From Camelus dromedarius (Eukaryota): 64,000 bases of DNA. The stretch is from assembly GCF_036321535.1 (NCBI RefSeq), contig NC_087436.1, positions 45,758,001 through 45,822,000 on the forward strand. Reading direction: 5' to 3'. Every line of letters starts with the position of its first letter. The first letter of the stretch is position 1. The position numbers and the translations under genes are program-made. Below are positions 39,801-51,479 of this stretch, in pieces. A model generated the notes under the pieces. It did not search any database, was not told the origin of the DNA, and saw only the letters and a list, made by a program, of their open reading frames with translations.

Positions 39801-42800
39801 GAACAGAAGGAAAATAAATATATACACAATATCATCACAGAAATGAGAGATGACACACATGCATTAAACAAGAAGAGGCTATCAAAAAGAAGTACAGTAT
39901 ATAAAATAATGCTCTAATTTGAAGATACATGCACCCCAGTGTTCACAGTAGCACAATTTACAATAGCCAAGACATGCAAACAACCTAAATGTCCATCAAT
40001 GGATGAATGGATAAAGAAGATGTGGTATATATACACAATGGAATATTACTCAGCCATAAAAAGGAATGAAATAATGCCATTTGCAGCAACATGGATGGAC
40101 CTAGAGATTATCATACTAAGTGAAGTAAGTCAGACAGAGAAATGCAAATATCATATAATATCACTTATATGTGGAATCATTTAAAAAAGTATACAAATTA
40201 ACTTATTTACAAAACTGAAATAGTCTCATAGACATAGAAAATAAACTTATGGTTACCAAAGGGGAAAGGGTGGAGTAGGATAAATTAGGAGTTTGGGATT
40301 AACATATATAACATAGATAACCAACAAGGTCCTACTGTATAGCACAGGAAACTATATTCAATATCTTGTAATAACCTATGATGGAAAAGTATCTAAAAAA
40401 GAATAATTTATATACATATGTATAACTGAATCACTTTGCTGTATACCTGAAACTGTAAATCAACTATATTTCAATTTAAAAAAGAAAAAAATTTTTTAAA
40501 TAAAATAATGCTTTTTATCTTACCTATAAAAGTGAAAGCAGAATTTTTAAAATGCAACGGGAAGGTTGAAATGCATGGTCAGCCAGGCTTTAGGGTGAGG
40601 TAAATGAGGCCAATTGTGTGAGTGCAGAGTCATAGCCTGTCGTTATGTAATATTTTATATTTTGTTCAATATAGATCTTTTACATAAATTTTGATTTTTA
40701 AAAAATACTGCATTAACTACTGTTTTTCTTTAGTTTTTTGGTGCCTGCTTAAATTTTGCACCCCAGGCTTGAGCCTCAGTCTTCTCAATCCCAGACATGG
40801 ACATGGTTGAGGAAATCTCTCAGAAAGCAGAAACAAAAACAAACAAAACCAGAAACAGGGATAATGTAGTACAGAATATTTAAGAAAATTAGAAGATAAA
40901 TCCAGGAGATTAAATACCCAAATAAAAGGAGTTCCAGGAAAAGAGAACAGAAAAAGACAAAATAGGAGGTGAAACTCACCAGAGAAATAATACAAGGAAG
41001 CTCCCAGAAGGGAAGATCTAGTCTCTACATGGAAAGCACTCACCCAGTACCCAGCACATGGGTGAATAAAAAGCAACACCAAAACACATCAGCATGAAAT
41101 TTCAGAAAATTAGAGACACAGAGAAAAATCACAAGCTTCCAGAGGGAACGCAGATGACCAGCATGCTATCAGCCTTTTCAACAGTGACACCAGAAGCCAG
41201 GAGACGATAGAGTAATGCCTTCAAAATTCTTTGAACATCATTTTTATACTTAGAATTCCACACCAAGCAAACAATCAGTCAAATACGATAGAATTAAGAC
41301 ATTTTCAGAGGTGTGAAATCTTAAAAACTTTATTTTCCTACAATTTTCTCAGGACTCTACTCCAGAATGTATTCTACCAAATGTGAGGGAGTAAGCCAAG
41401 AAAAAGGAAGCCATGCAATCCAGAAAACAGGCGATCTGACCAAGGAGACAGTCCCAGCTGCTGGTAAAGGAGATGTGAGGATTCCTGGGTAGTTGTCTTA
41501 AAGAACAGCCAATGAGAGCAAGAGATCTGGGGGTCTCAAGAGGCTAGCTTCAAGGAAAGGATAAAGTCAGTCTAGTCCCTGATGCATTTGAAAATACTAA
41601 GAGGAGACTGGTGGAGAGTTTAGATGTGAATTAGTGACAGGTACACGGAACAGCCAGCAAACAAAGCTCAGAGGAGGGGAGAGAGACGGAGGGAAGAAGA
41701 GAAAGAAAGAGAAAAGGAATGAATTATTAACTCCAAGGGGAGAAAAGTTATATATAAAAAGAAATATAAATCATAGAGCCCTACAGAGATCTGTAATAAA
41801 TAAAATCTAGATAATCACAATAATGTAAAGACTCTTGATCTAATCAAATACTAACATTTCACTGACAAGATGAGAAAGAAAGGTTGGTGGTATAAGAGAA
41901 ATTCCCTTTGTCTATCTACAGAAATCAAGAAATAACAGAAAAAAAAAAAACCCAAAACATCAGATAAGCACATCATTATGAAAGATGATGGCAAATACCA
42001 GACAAAAGGGCCAGAGAGTAAGAATCGAGGGTTGGGAAGGTGACTGCTGGGGCCAAGGAACCACGTTCGTGGAAAAGCTTGAGCACAAATATTTTTTAAG
42101 GATTTGAATGTCTTACCTTTGTTACATCTACCTGATCTGACCAATCTCTGTTGAGGTACTCAGTGCAGTTACTAGTTGCACGACATTTAATGGATCGAGT
42201 GACATGGTAATAGCAGTAAAACATCACTATCAAGGGCACAATAAAATTGATTGCAACCACCATCATGGTATAAGAAACAAAAGATCTGAAAATTTAAAAA
42301 GGGAGTAATTAAATCACTACTCGTTCAATGTACTAAATAAATAGAGGAAGGGAAACAGAATAATTATCAGAAATTATACTGGCACTGCCCAGCAGTCATT
42401 ATATTATTAAACAGCTTAGAAAGTACATTTGACTTTTAGTTCATTTGGACTAGGGGTTGGCAAACTCTAGCCTGTGGGCCAAATCCAGCTTGTGGCCTCT
42501 CTTTGTGAAGAACAGTTTATTGGAACCACATTCATTTATATACTGCCTATGGCTGGTTTCACAGGCAGAGGTGAAGAGCTGCAGTGTAGATAGTCTTGCC
42601 TGTAAAGCCTAAAATGCTTATTTTTCGACTCTGCACAGAAAAAGTTTAAGATTTAGATTTAGTGCGAGAGTTAGAAATTTTTTATTTGTTTCTCTGAGTC
42701 ATCTTTCATTTCCTTTAATGAACTAAATTATTCCCCTTTCCCTGGTAAACACGGAAGAGCATCACTAATAAGCAAGCAAATCTTTGCAGTGACAGTGCTT

Positions 42801-45800
42801 TTCTTGCATAATTCTCGGAAGATGCTTTATCACCAGAGCATCTAGTGATCTGGGCTTTCTGTACACTGTCTAGCTCCACTAACACTCTTTTTACCCCTCA
42901 GGTTCTACCTCTAAGGTGCAGACATCAGAAGGATGCTCTGCACCCCCTTCTCTGCAAGAGGGGAGAGAGGAAGGAACAGAGCAGGGGGACAAGGGGAGCT
43001 GGATGACCTTTCCTTGCAAACAAGCATAATTTACTTTTCTCAACTCATCTTTGGCTAGAATCACATCGTCTGTACCAAGGAAGCCGTTTGCCACGTTCTG
43101 CATAAGAAACAATTGATCTGAGTTTTAATTTGAAATGGTGAGAAATGTCTACATTACAAACATTTGATTAAAAAAGTGTAAACATGTCTCTTACACATCA
43201 TTTTGCCGCCAGTTTATGGTGCAGGTGGCCCCAGTAGGATCTGGGGCGTAACCAGCCCACCCAATGATAGGCATTGAAGCCCAAAAGAGGCCATTGATCC
43301 AGGCCCCCAGAATCATGCTGATGTAAGTGTTTGTGGTCATTCTTCTTCCTATGAACAAACATGGAATTTTAGAGTCATTTCCCAATGATGAGATTCATAT
43401 CTTCATTTTGTTTTAACTGATGATTCAAAGTTGTTATCAAGTAGATTCTTTGCAGAGCACTCTAATTCACACAAAGCCTATCTACATGAATTCACATTCT
43501 GGAAAAAAAAAAAAGACCTTTAAGCTGAAACCTGAATTATAAAAAAGATCAGCCAGAGGACTGGCTAGGAGAAGAACTTTCCAGGCCTAGGGAAATAGCA
43601 TCTACAAACACCCCAAAGTGAGAGGATCCTAGACCATGCTGGAAAGGCAGCCAGGGGCCCGGTCATGTGGTGCCTTGGAGGCTGTGTCATAAAATTTAAA
43701 TTTTATTCTAGGTTTAATAGGTATCATTGAAACTTCCAATCAAGGATTATCAGAGACTGATCATGGCTGTAAGCCATCACATTTACATTTAAAGTGAATG
43801 TGTGTTGAGTGGTACCTGGACAAGAAATGGGTTCACTAAGAAAACTAAGGGAAAGCTAAGAGAAGTGCTGTACCTGCATCAGGACGGCAAATGGTCAGGT
43901 ATCGATCCATGGCCACAACAGTGAGCAATCCAATACTTGCCATTCCAAAAAAGATATTCAAGCCAGCATAAATCTGAAAATCAAAATTGGAAAGAATCCA
44001 CCATTCTGCACACCCTCCCCCAAAAAATTTACACTTTTATCCCATTGCTAGAATATATTTAAAATACACTGAATTTTTTTTTTTTTACTGATTTAAAAAT
44101 ATAACATCTATTGTTAAATGTTAAGTTGTTCAATAAAGGGATTTATAAAAAATACTTTGGGACTTCACTAATCAAACTTTTTAGAAAATATCAAGACTTA
44201 AAGTAAAACTTCTATACATACTCTATAAGAGTGCAAAAACAAGCCATAAATTAGGTGCAGTACATATCCAACAAAAGACTAGTGTTCACAAGATAGACAA
44301 TTCAACAGGGGGAAAAGACAAACAGAAAAACAGGCTATTCATACAAGAGGAAATCTGAATGTTTATGATATAAGATGTACAACCACATTAAATATTCAAA
44401 ACATGCAAATTATAAGATACTATTTTACTACAGACTTAAAAGTCTGACAATCCCAAGCACTGGGGATAATGTAGAGTAACACAAGTTCTCATAATTGGCA
44501 TAATTATTTTGGAGAGCAATTTGGTCATATTTGATAAAGGTCAAGATGAACATTATCTACAAACCAAACCATCCCTTCCTAGTAATGTACCTAAAGAAAC
44601 TCTCACATATTGCAGAAAGAGACATACATAAGAACATTTATTGAAAACTTGTTTGTGATTTAAAAAATGGGAACAATGATCAATATTAGGAAAATGAATA
44701 AATACATGTGTATGTTCATAAAATGGAATATGTGTAGCAGTTAAAATGAGTGAGTTACAGCTATGTCCATCAACATGCATATACTTCAAAAACATAAGAT
44801 TGGATAATAGAAGAATAGCATAATAATATAATATATAATATAATATAATATAACATAATATAATAGCATAATGCAAACAATATGATATTATTTATACAAA
44901 ATTCAAAACATTCAGACAGTGTCAAGTTTATGAACATATAATATGTAGTAAGATAGAAAAACATTCATGAGAGAGAAAGGAGTAAGATTGTGGATGGTAT
45001 GCAACAGACTTCAACAGTATCTGTAAAACTTTATACTATTAAAAAAAAGCAACCTGAAGCACATATTGCAAAACATTAAGATTTGACAAAACTGGCTGGT
45101 GCACACATGGGCATTCATTATTTTCTCGTTCTCTCATCTTACCCTCTATATATAGCTTAAAATGGCAAACTGTTAAAAAAAAAAAAGGCCAAGTCATTAA
45201 TGCAACTTAACATTAATTTATTTTCTTATCAGTAAAACTCATGGATATATTTAATAGGCATTCTCATGGAGAAACTTCCATGGGAAAAAGTCAGCAAATC
45301 GTAGTTTAACTACATTACTTATACATTATGATATAGTCATTAAATATTATTTCAAATGAAAGCAGGGTATTTCTTTTTGAATTTGCAACACACAAGTTTT
45401 TATTTGAATATGCGTATGTTCACTTTTCTTCTCTAGGTGAATGCTTATTTTTTGTTAGTTTAGTTTTTTTCCTTTGGATTGGGGAAATTTTGAAACTATT
45501 ATGGCTAGTGATTTCATTTCTCTTGTTAAAGAATGTATTTCCGAGTTACCCTGGAAATTTGCAGAGGACACCGTATCTGTTATCCTACGTGATCTTATTT
45601 GATTGAAACTCTTGGAATTTTTTGAAGACACAAATTACATCTTTTTAATCTACTTTATTTTGCTTTGATTCTTAAGATCCCCAATACCTGACATCCTGCA
45701 TATCCAAATTTCCAACTTCCATACAGATCTGAAGCAGCAGACATGGGATAGCCAATGCTACTGACCCCTATATCAGTAACAGCCAGGTTAATGATAATTG

Positions 45801-48800
45801 CATTTGTGGGTGTCCGAAGCTCCTTGTACTTAACGAAGATGCCCAAAACTATTATGTTGCTGAGAATACTTATCACACCTGAGAATACAAACAAACAAAC
45901 AAAAATCACACACTTTGTTAATTTGAATTTGTAAAAGTATTTTTTCACAAATATTTAAGCTCCTTCAAAAACACAGCAAATCCATTTTGGTTTACTTATT
46001 TGAAGAGCTCCAGCTGTTTGTAAAACTAGTTGTAGTATCTTCACAGCTCTTTTGTGAAATAGAAATATAAAAATTAAAACACAAAGAATCTGCTGATTTT
46101 TAGGATACGTTTTTAGGATGTATGTATGATCATACAATCTCCTTTGGCAGCTTAATTCCCTCCTCCTCCTTCCTGATGCCTGAGGCTCTTCTTTCTCTAT
46201 AGTTTTTCAAGCCTCAGCTGTCCTAACAGCTCTTTGTCACTTTCTAGCCCTGATCCATGCTCCTATCCCACATCCCTTTTCATACAACTTATTGCCATTA
46301 AACGTTTATTGAGCATCTATGATATGTAAGATCATACGATGTTCTAAACTTGAAACTCAACATGTTCAAATCGAATTCTTCATCTCACACACACACATAC
46401 ACACACTCCTCTATAGAAGAACGCACACTGCAAGGTTTGGTCCAGAGAGGAAGTCAAAGCTGGCTTTCAAGTCCACTGAGAAGCCTCACAGGTGATATCA
46501 CCCTAGTCAAGTCTTCACAACCTGGGATCTGATTCTTAGCCCTGCGGGTCCAGAAACTCAATGTTGTCTGTGCCCCAGAAGTGGCTGGATTCAAGTAGAC
46601 TGATGACTGAACTTCTTAATCTGAATGCCAGTGTATTAATTTACAAAAAGAAATTGCTGAGTGGACTGGATGTGCCTGACTAATTAACCCCTATATACGA
46701 AAAAGGATGCATATGCTTCCCATAAACCAGATGTGGGCCATACTAGGTCCTAATGCTGGGGATGGGGGATGAATAGATTTGAGCTGAGAGAGGCTAGAGT
46801 CATTACCAGATTCCTATGGGCTAAAGGAGGGGTAAGCAACAAAAGGAACAGAGTTGTGTTCACCAGCATGAAGAGAACTCTAGTGGAGCAGCCCCCAACT
46901 ATTGCCGGAGAGAGGGAAGGTTTCCGAGCACTGACACACAAAGGTGTCAGCTAAGGAAGAACTTCTATTCTGTATCTTGGCACCTTGGTCAAAACTTCGG
47001 TTTAGTATCTTATTAACCTAATCTTCCAGATTTCTATTCTTTCCTCCTGTGCTGCTGGCAGAATATGCTCGCTGCAACATAAAATTAACCGAAGCTCTTT
47101 TCCTCAAAACCTCCAATACTCCCCAATGTCTGAGGAATAAAATTCCACATGTCCCAGCTTGATATTCCAATCTGTTTTCACCCTAAGCAAATTTCCACAC
47201 TTGTCAAACAAGCCCTCCACTCTAGTGATTTATCAAATACACCAGGTTTGTGGTAAATTTCAACTCCTATTTTCTCCTGCTTAGAACACCCTACTCCTTT
47301 CTTCTACTTATCCAAATGCTACTCATCTTCAAAATTCTGTTCGAGCCCAATTCTACCCCAAAGGCTTGTCCTACCACAGTGATCTCTCTTCTATAAATCC
47401 TCAAAGTACTTGTTTTCATACACTTTATCTTACATGATGCTATATTACTTAACTCTTACATATTCCTAGTCTTCCCATGTAGCTTTCAGGCTTCTAATAA
47501 CTTCCATGTTGAGTATGTGACATATAATAAATTTATTTAATAAACAGACAACAACTAAAATTCATGTTGCTTAGTATCTATTATTCTTACAAGCATAATC
47601 TGGCACAATGACAGCAAATTTGATGATTCTTTGGCTCAGTTTTTTGCATCTAATATTGTAGCTCCAAAAAGCTTAATGAATTAAAGAATCTTTCTGGGCT
47701 AGCTATAAATTTGATGATTTTAAAAATTCAAGTAAAAAACACAGTGCAGTAAATTGTTGCCTACCAACGATGCAACCAGAATAAAGTAACTGTACTTTGG
47801 GGAGGTCTTAGATATAATAGGGGGAACGAGATAAACAATTTAGCCCTTTTCTCTATTTGCTCTGCAACTGTCTCAAGCACTCTGCTTTATTTTCTAGCTG
47901 TAGGTGTTTCCTAATGAGTAAACCAGAGATCATTTATAGTTAGGTCTAAATTCAGTTAATTCCCCCTTGGCTTCTGTGGATTTCCTCCAATCTCTTTGGC
48001 AGATCCTTCATTAATCTACTTCCTGGCCTTTTTTCTTCATCTCTACCTTATTAAATACGTGCATTGCCCTAGACAAGCTTCTGCCCTAGACCTCCTTTCT
48101 TTTCACATTCAACATACACTGAGTGACTTCATACATATCCAAAGTTATATACTGATACTTTCCAGATCAATCCCATGAAATTTAAACCCACGTGTCCAGC
48201 TTTCTATGTAACTTCTCTCCAAATGAACTCAGAGGTTTTCTCTTCTGCCCCAAATCTGTTCTTCCCCAAGTGTTTTCCCATCTCGGTGAATAGCTTTACC
48301 ATCTAACCAGCAACCCAGGAAAGAAACCTAGTTGTCACCTTTGATGCTCCTTCACTTCTTCCCTAGTCTCCACATCCAGCCATCAATTCTAACTTCTAGC
48401 TCTTCAATGTGTCTACTTCTTTCTGTCTCCATTGTCACTGTTTCCTCCTCAGGAGCCTTCTTAATCACACAGTAGCCTCCTACATGGTCTCCTAGCTATG
48501 ACTACAGCACATTTCTAAAATGCAAATTGGATCATGTCATTCAGTGACCCCTATTGCCTTTACAGCTTAGGTTGTTTATTATCTGGTATGGAGTCATCCT
48601 CCCAGCCTAATCTCTCTTACCCTTCATTCTACAATTCATCCACAATAAATCTATTTCAGATCCTTAACTCACCATGCCCTCTTGGCTCCTGGCCTTAACT
48701 GAAGAAACAGAGAGTTTGGATAGTAGAAGTTTGTAAGAGCTAAAATTTAAGAGAAATATTAAATTAAAAATTAAATTTAAAATGAAAAATCTAAAACGGC

Positions 48801-51479
48801 TCTCCATAAAAGTAATAAATGAAATGAATGCTTTGACTAAATTCTTTATCTCATAGTTTTGGTTTTGATTTGGACATTTAAGTGAGCTTTGTTATATGGG
48901 GGCAGGGGGTTAAGGGACCAAAAGTACAATAAATATTTAAACAAAAACATGAAGAGGTTAGATGTGCTCCCTTCAGTTCATCTACTAAAAACACAAATAC
49001 ATACTCATGGTATTGATAAAATTGACACTTGTGGATATATGTGAGGGCTCCAGAACCAAAATATCTAAGTTCAAATTCTGGTGTAGCTACTTAGTAGATG
49101 TACATGTTGGGCAACTTATTTAAGCTCTTCATCTGTATCAACAGGGAAAACAAAACTAATTCACTAACTGAATTAGTATAAAGGTGAATTATTCCATGCA
49201 TGTAAATATTTAGAACAGTGCTTGGTATATACCAAGTATTCAAATAATAACATTAGTAGTAGCAGCAGCAGCAGTGGTGGTCTTGGTCGTAGTCGTAGTA
49301 GTAGTTGTTCTTACAGTAAGACTACAATGACTATTACAGGACTAAGAACCAGAGAGAATGTTTTCTTAACAGGAAATCTTTTTGTAACCAGATCAAAAGA
49401 GATCGCTTTTCTTGGTCCTCTACCAAAAACTAACAAAAATTAACTAAATCAAGTTTGTATACAAAATATTCCTATGTAATTGTGACATGGAGATTACCTC
49501 TTTAAGTACTTATTTTTTCTTTTGTTGCAACAGCAACAAAAAACAACCAAAATAAAACAGAATTTGTCTAGTGCTGGTATTATCATACACAGGTATTCAA
49601 CTGAAAAAGTTAGCATGTAACTGGAAGAAACCTAAACGTCCATCAACAGAGGACTAGATAAAGATGTGGTATATACATACAATGGAATACTACTCAGCCA
49701 TAAAATAGAATGAAATAATACCATTTGCAGCAACAGGGATAGAACTAGAGATTATCATACTAAGTAAGTCAGAAAAAGAAAGACAAATATTATATGGTAT
49801 CATTCATATGTGTAATCTAAAATATGATGCAGAAGAACTTATTTACAAAACAGAAATGGACTCACAGACATAGAAAACAAACTTACGGTTACCAAAGGGG
49901 AAAAGTGGTAGAGGAGGGATAAATTAGAAGTTGGGGATTAGCAGATACACACTGCTACATATAAAATAGATAATAAACAAGGTCCTACTGTATAGAACAG
50001 GGAACTGTATTCAATATCCTGTAACAAACCATAATGGAAAATAATATGAAAATATATACACATAAATATACACACACACACACACACACACACAATACTG
50101 AATCTCTTTGCTGTACACCAAAAACTAACACATTGTAAATCAACTATACTTCAATTTTTTTAAAAAGTTTGCATGTCATTAAAATTTACAAAAATTAACT
50201 GAGGAACCATAATTTCTAGCACAGACAATACTCTAATTGTGAATTACGGGAAAACTAAGCAATTATTAAAAAAAAAAAACTGGGTACAGTAGAATTTGTT
50301 ATGCTTTTACTGTACTTTTGAACATATTTGAAAATTTTCATAACTCAATAAAAAAAATAATAATAAACCCAATATAAGAGTTGCTTCTAAAACTCATTAT
50401 TGAGCATAAAGTTGAAAATGAAGTGTCTGCTCAGCATAAAATTAAGACTACAATTCAACCTATACATAAAAAAGATAATCAGAGAACTTCCACTCTCATT
50501 TTCCCCATCCCTTTTCTTCAGCAAACAGCCTTTTTCTTATTCCAGTATATGCATCATTGAGTGTGTGTAGGTGGGAAGAAACAAATATTTATCCAACATC
50601 CACTATATATATCATTCAGGTATATTTGTGCATTATTTTACTTTTCACAACAATTGTGACAGGTAGCTTATTCTTATCCTCATTTTACAGATATGAAAAT
50701 GGAAAAATAGAAAGATGAAGGAACTGGCTCACTGTTGCAAAGACACTAAAAGATTAAATACAAAGCTCAGGAGTTTTCCAATACAGCACTTGAAAATGAG
50801 CTGAATTTTCAAACCTTGTCCTGACAATACACTCGGCTCTCTCTTTTTACAATTTTAATTTCCTTTCCAGGATCTTTCAATCTTAACTAGATTCTACCAC
50901 CGAGGACAAAACTACAGAAAGTATGTGTGAGAACATGAAATGCCATAAAAATACATTTTTGCCATGGAGCACACTCTTCCCCAATAAAAATTTGACAATG
51001 TAATAACCAAATAAATGATCATAAAAATTATTCATTTTATATAAAATATTTCTCAGCCCCACTTCACTGCTGTTTATCAAAATTCAAAATAACTTGTGAC
51101 ATTAACTACCATTAACAATTCTTTCATCTATCCTCTCACCTACATTCTCTTATTCGATCTTTATAGCCAGGAAATAGAGCAAGTATTATCCTTATTCATC
51201 ACACGAACCCCAGCTCAAAAAAAGATAAGTGACTTGTCGAGTTTGGCCAACAATATAGAACTTGAAACATTATCTCTGAACCCATGCTTTTTCTACTACC
51301 TTACACTGAAAACCTCTGCTTTTCTTCACTCATTCGAAAGCAAAATGACTATTAATGGAGTAAACATCCATACCTGCTGTGATCAAGTAAGCTGCAACAA
51401 TATTGTGTTCAGCCTGTGAAAAGACCGAGCCATGTTCATTTTTAGAGTCTGAACTGTTGCCTAAATTATTCATTAGCAT
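36702..51479 (-). CDS. RRH: Peropsin (RPE-derived rhodopsin homolog); join(complement) 51374-51479, 45688-45878, 43874-43973, 43195-43348, 42117-42285, 38272-38450, 36702-36816; 1014 nt = 337 aa + stop
   Basis: Opsin-family GPCR motifs: LRTPTN (TM2), DRY (TM3), WAGYAPDPTGATCTINW (ECL2), AWSPY (TM6), FAKSSTFYNP (TM7, retinal Lys at 38319-38321). All junctions GT-AG, open frame. Confidence 0.98.
37039..37191 (-). mobile_element. tRNA-Ala-derived SINE (vic-1-like), RRH intron 6
   Basis: Reverse-complement head; 17-bp TSD taaac(a/g)ttgaagacatt at 37022-37038 and 37192-37208. Confidence 0.9.
38272..38450 (-). CDS. RRH: RRH exon 6 (TM6-TM7)
   Basis: MSVIMILMFLLAWSPYSIVCLWASFGDPKKIPPSMAIIAPLFAKSSTFYNPCIYVIANK; 179 nt. 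Confidence 0.97.
39914..40499 (+). mobile_element. 5'-truncated L1 3' end
   Basis: ORF 39939..40184 ORF2 C-terminus; TSD ataaaataatgct at 39901-39913 and 40500-40512. Confidence 0.92.
40580..40798 (-). mobile_element. hAT MITE (MER96B-like)
   Basis: tagggtgaggtaaatgaggc...ttaaattttgcaccccaggcttgagcctca; catggt at both flanks. Confidence 0.65.
42117..42285 (-). CDS. RRH: RRH exon 5
   Basis: SFVSYTMMVVAINFIVPLIVMFYCYYHVTRSIKCRATSNCTEYLNRDWSDQVDVTK; tttcAG / AAG|GTAAGA; 169 nt. Confidence 0.96.
42451..42648 (+). mobile_element. MER58A-like hAT-Charlie element
   Basis: aggggttggcaaact...gggccaaatccagc...aaagcctaaaat...acagaaaaagttt. Confidence 0.8.
43195..43348 (-). CDS. RRH: RRH exon 4
   Basis: RRMTTNTYISMILGAWINGLFWASMPIIGWAGYAPDPTGATCTINWRQND; 154 nt. 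Confidence 0.97.
43874..43973 (-). CDS. RRH: RRH exon 3 (TM3, DRY)
   Basis: IYAGLNIFFGMASIGLLTVVAMDRYLTICRPDA; tttcAG / G|GTACAG; 100 nt. Confidence 0.96.
44200..45130 (+). mobile_element. Ancient L1ME-like 3' region with (TAATA)n low-complexity insert
   Basis: Degenerate ORF2 end and 3' UTR (aaaagtctgacaatcccaagcactggggataatgtagag). Confidence 0.6.
45688..45878 (-). CDS. RRH: RRH exon 2
   Basis: GVISILSNIIVLGIFVKYKELRTPTN...YAGCQ; ttctcAG / CAG|GTATTG; 191 nt. Confidence 0.97.
47900..48700. mobile_element. L2 LINE remnant
   Basis: ttccccatctcggtgaatagctttaccatctaaccagc; aaaatgcaaattggatcatgtca. Confidence 0.7.
49619..50161 (+). mobile_element. 5'-truncated L1 3' end (RRH intron 1)
   Basis: aagatgtggtatatacatacaatggaatactactcagcc...; TSD aaaaagtt(a/t)gcatgt at 49604-49618 and 50162-50176; internal (CA)n. 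Confidence 0.92.
51374..51479 (-). CDS. RRH: RRH exon 1 (MLMNNLGNSSDSKNEHGSVFSQAEHNIVAAYLITA)
   Basis: ATG at 51479, donor G|GTATGG; 106 nt. Confidence 0.95.

Larger units (their letters stand above)
39100..42050 (+). mobile_element. Ancient L1M 5'/ORF1 remnant carrying later insertions
   Basis: ORF1-like degenerate sequence (aggagttccaggaaaagagaacaga; aatgccttcaaaattct; aattaagacattttcaga). Confidence 0.6.
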
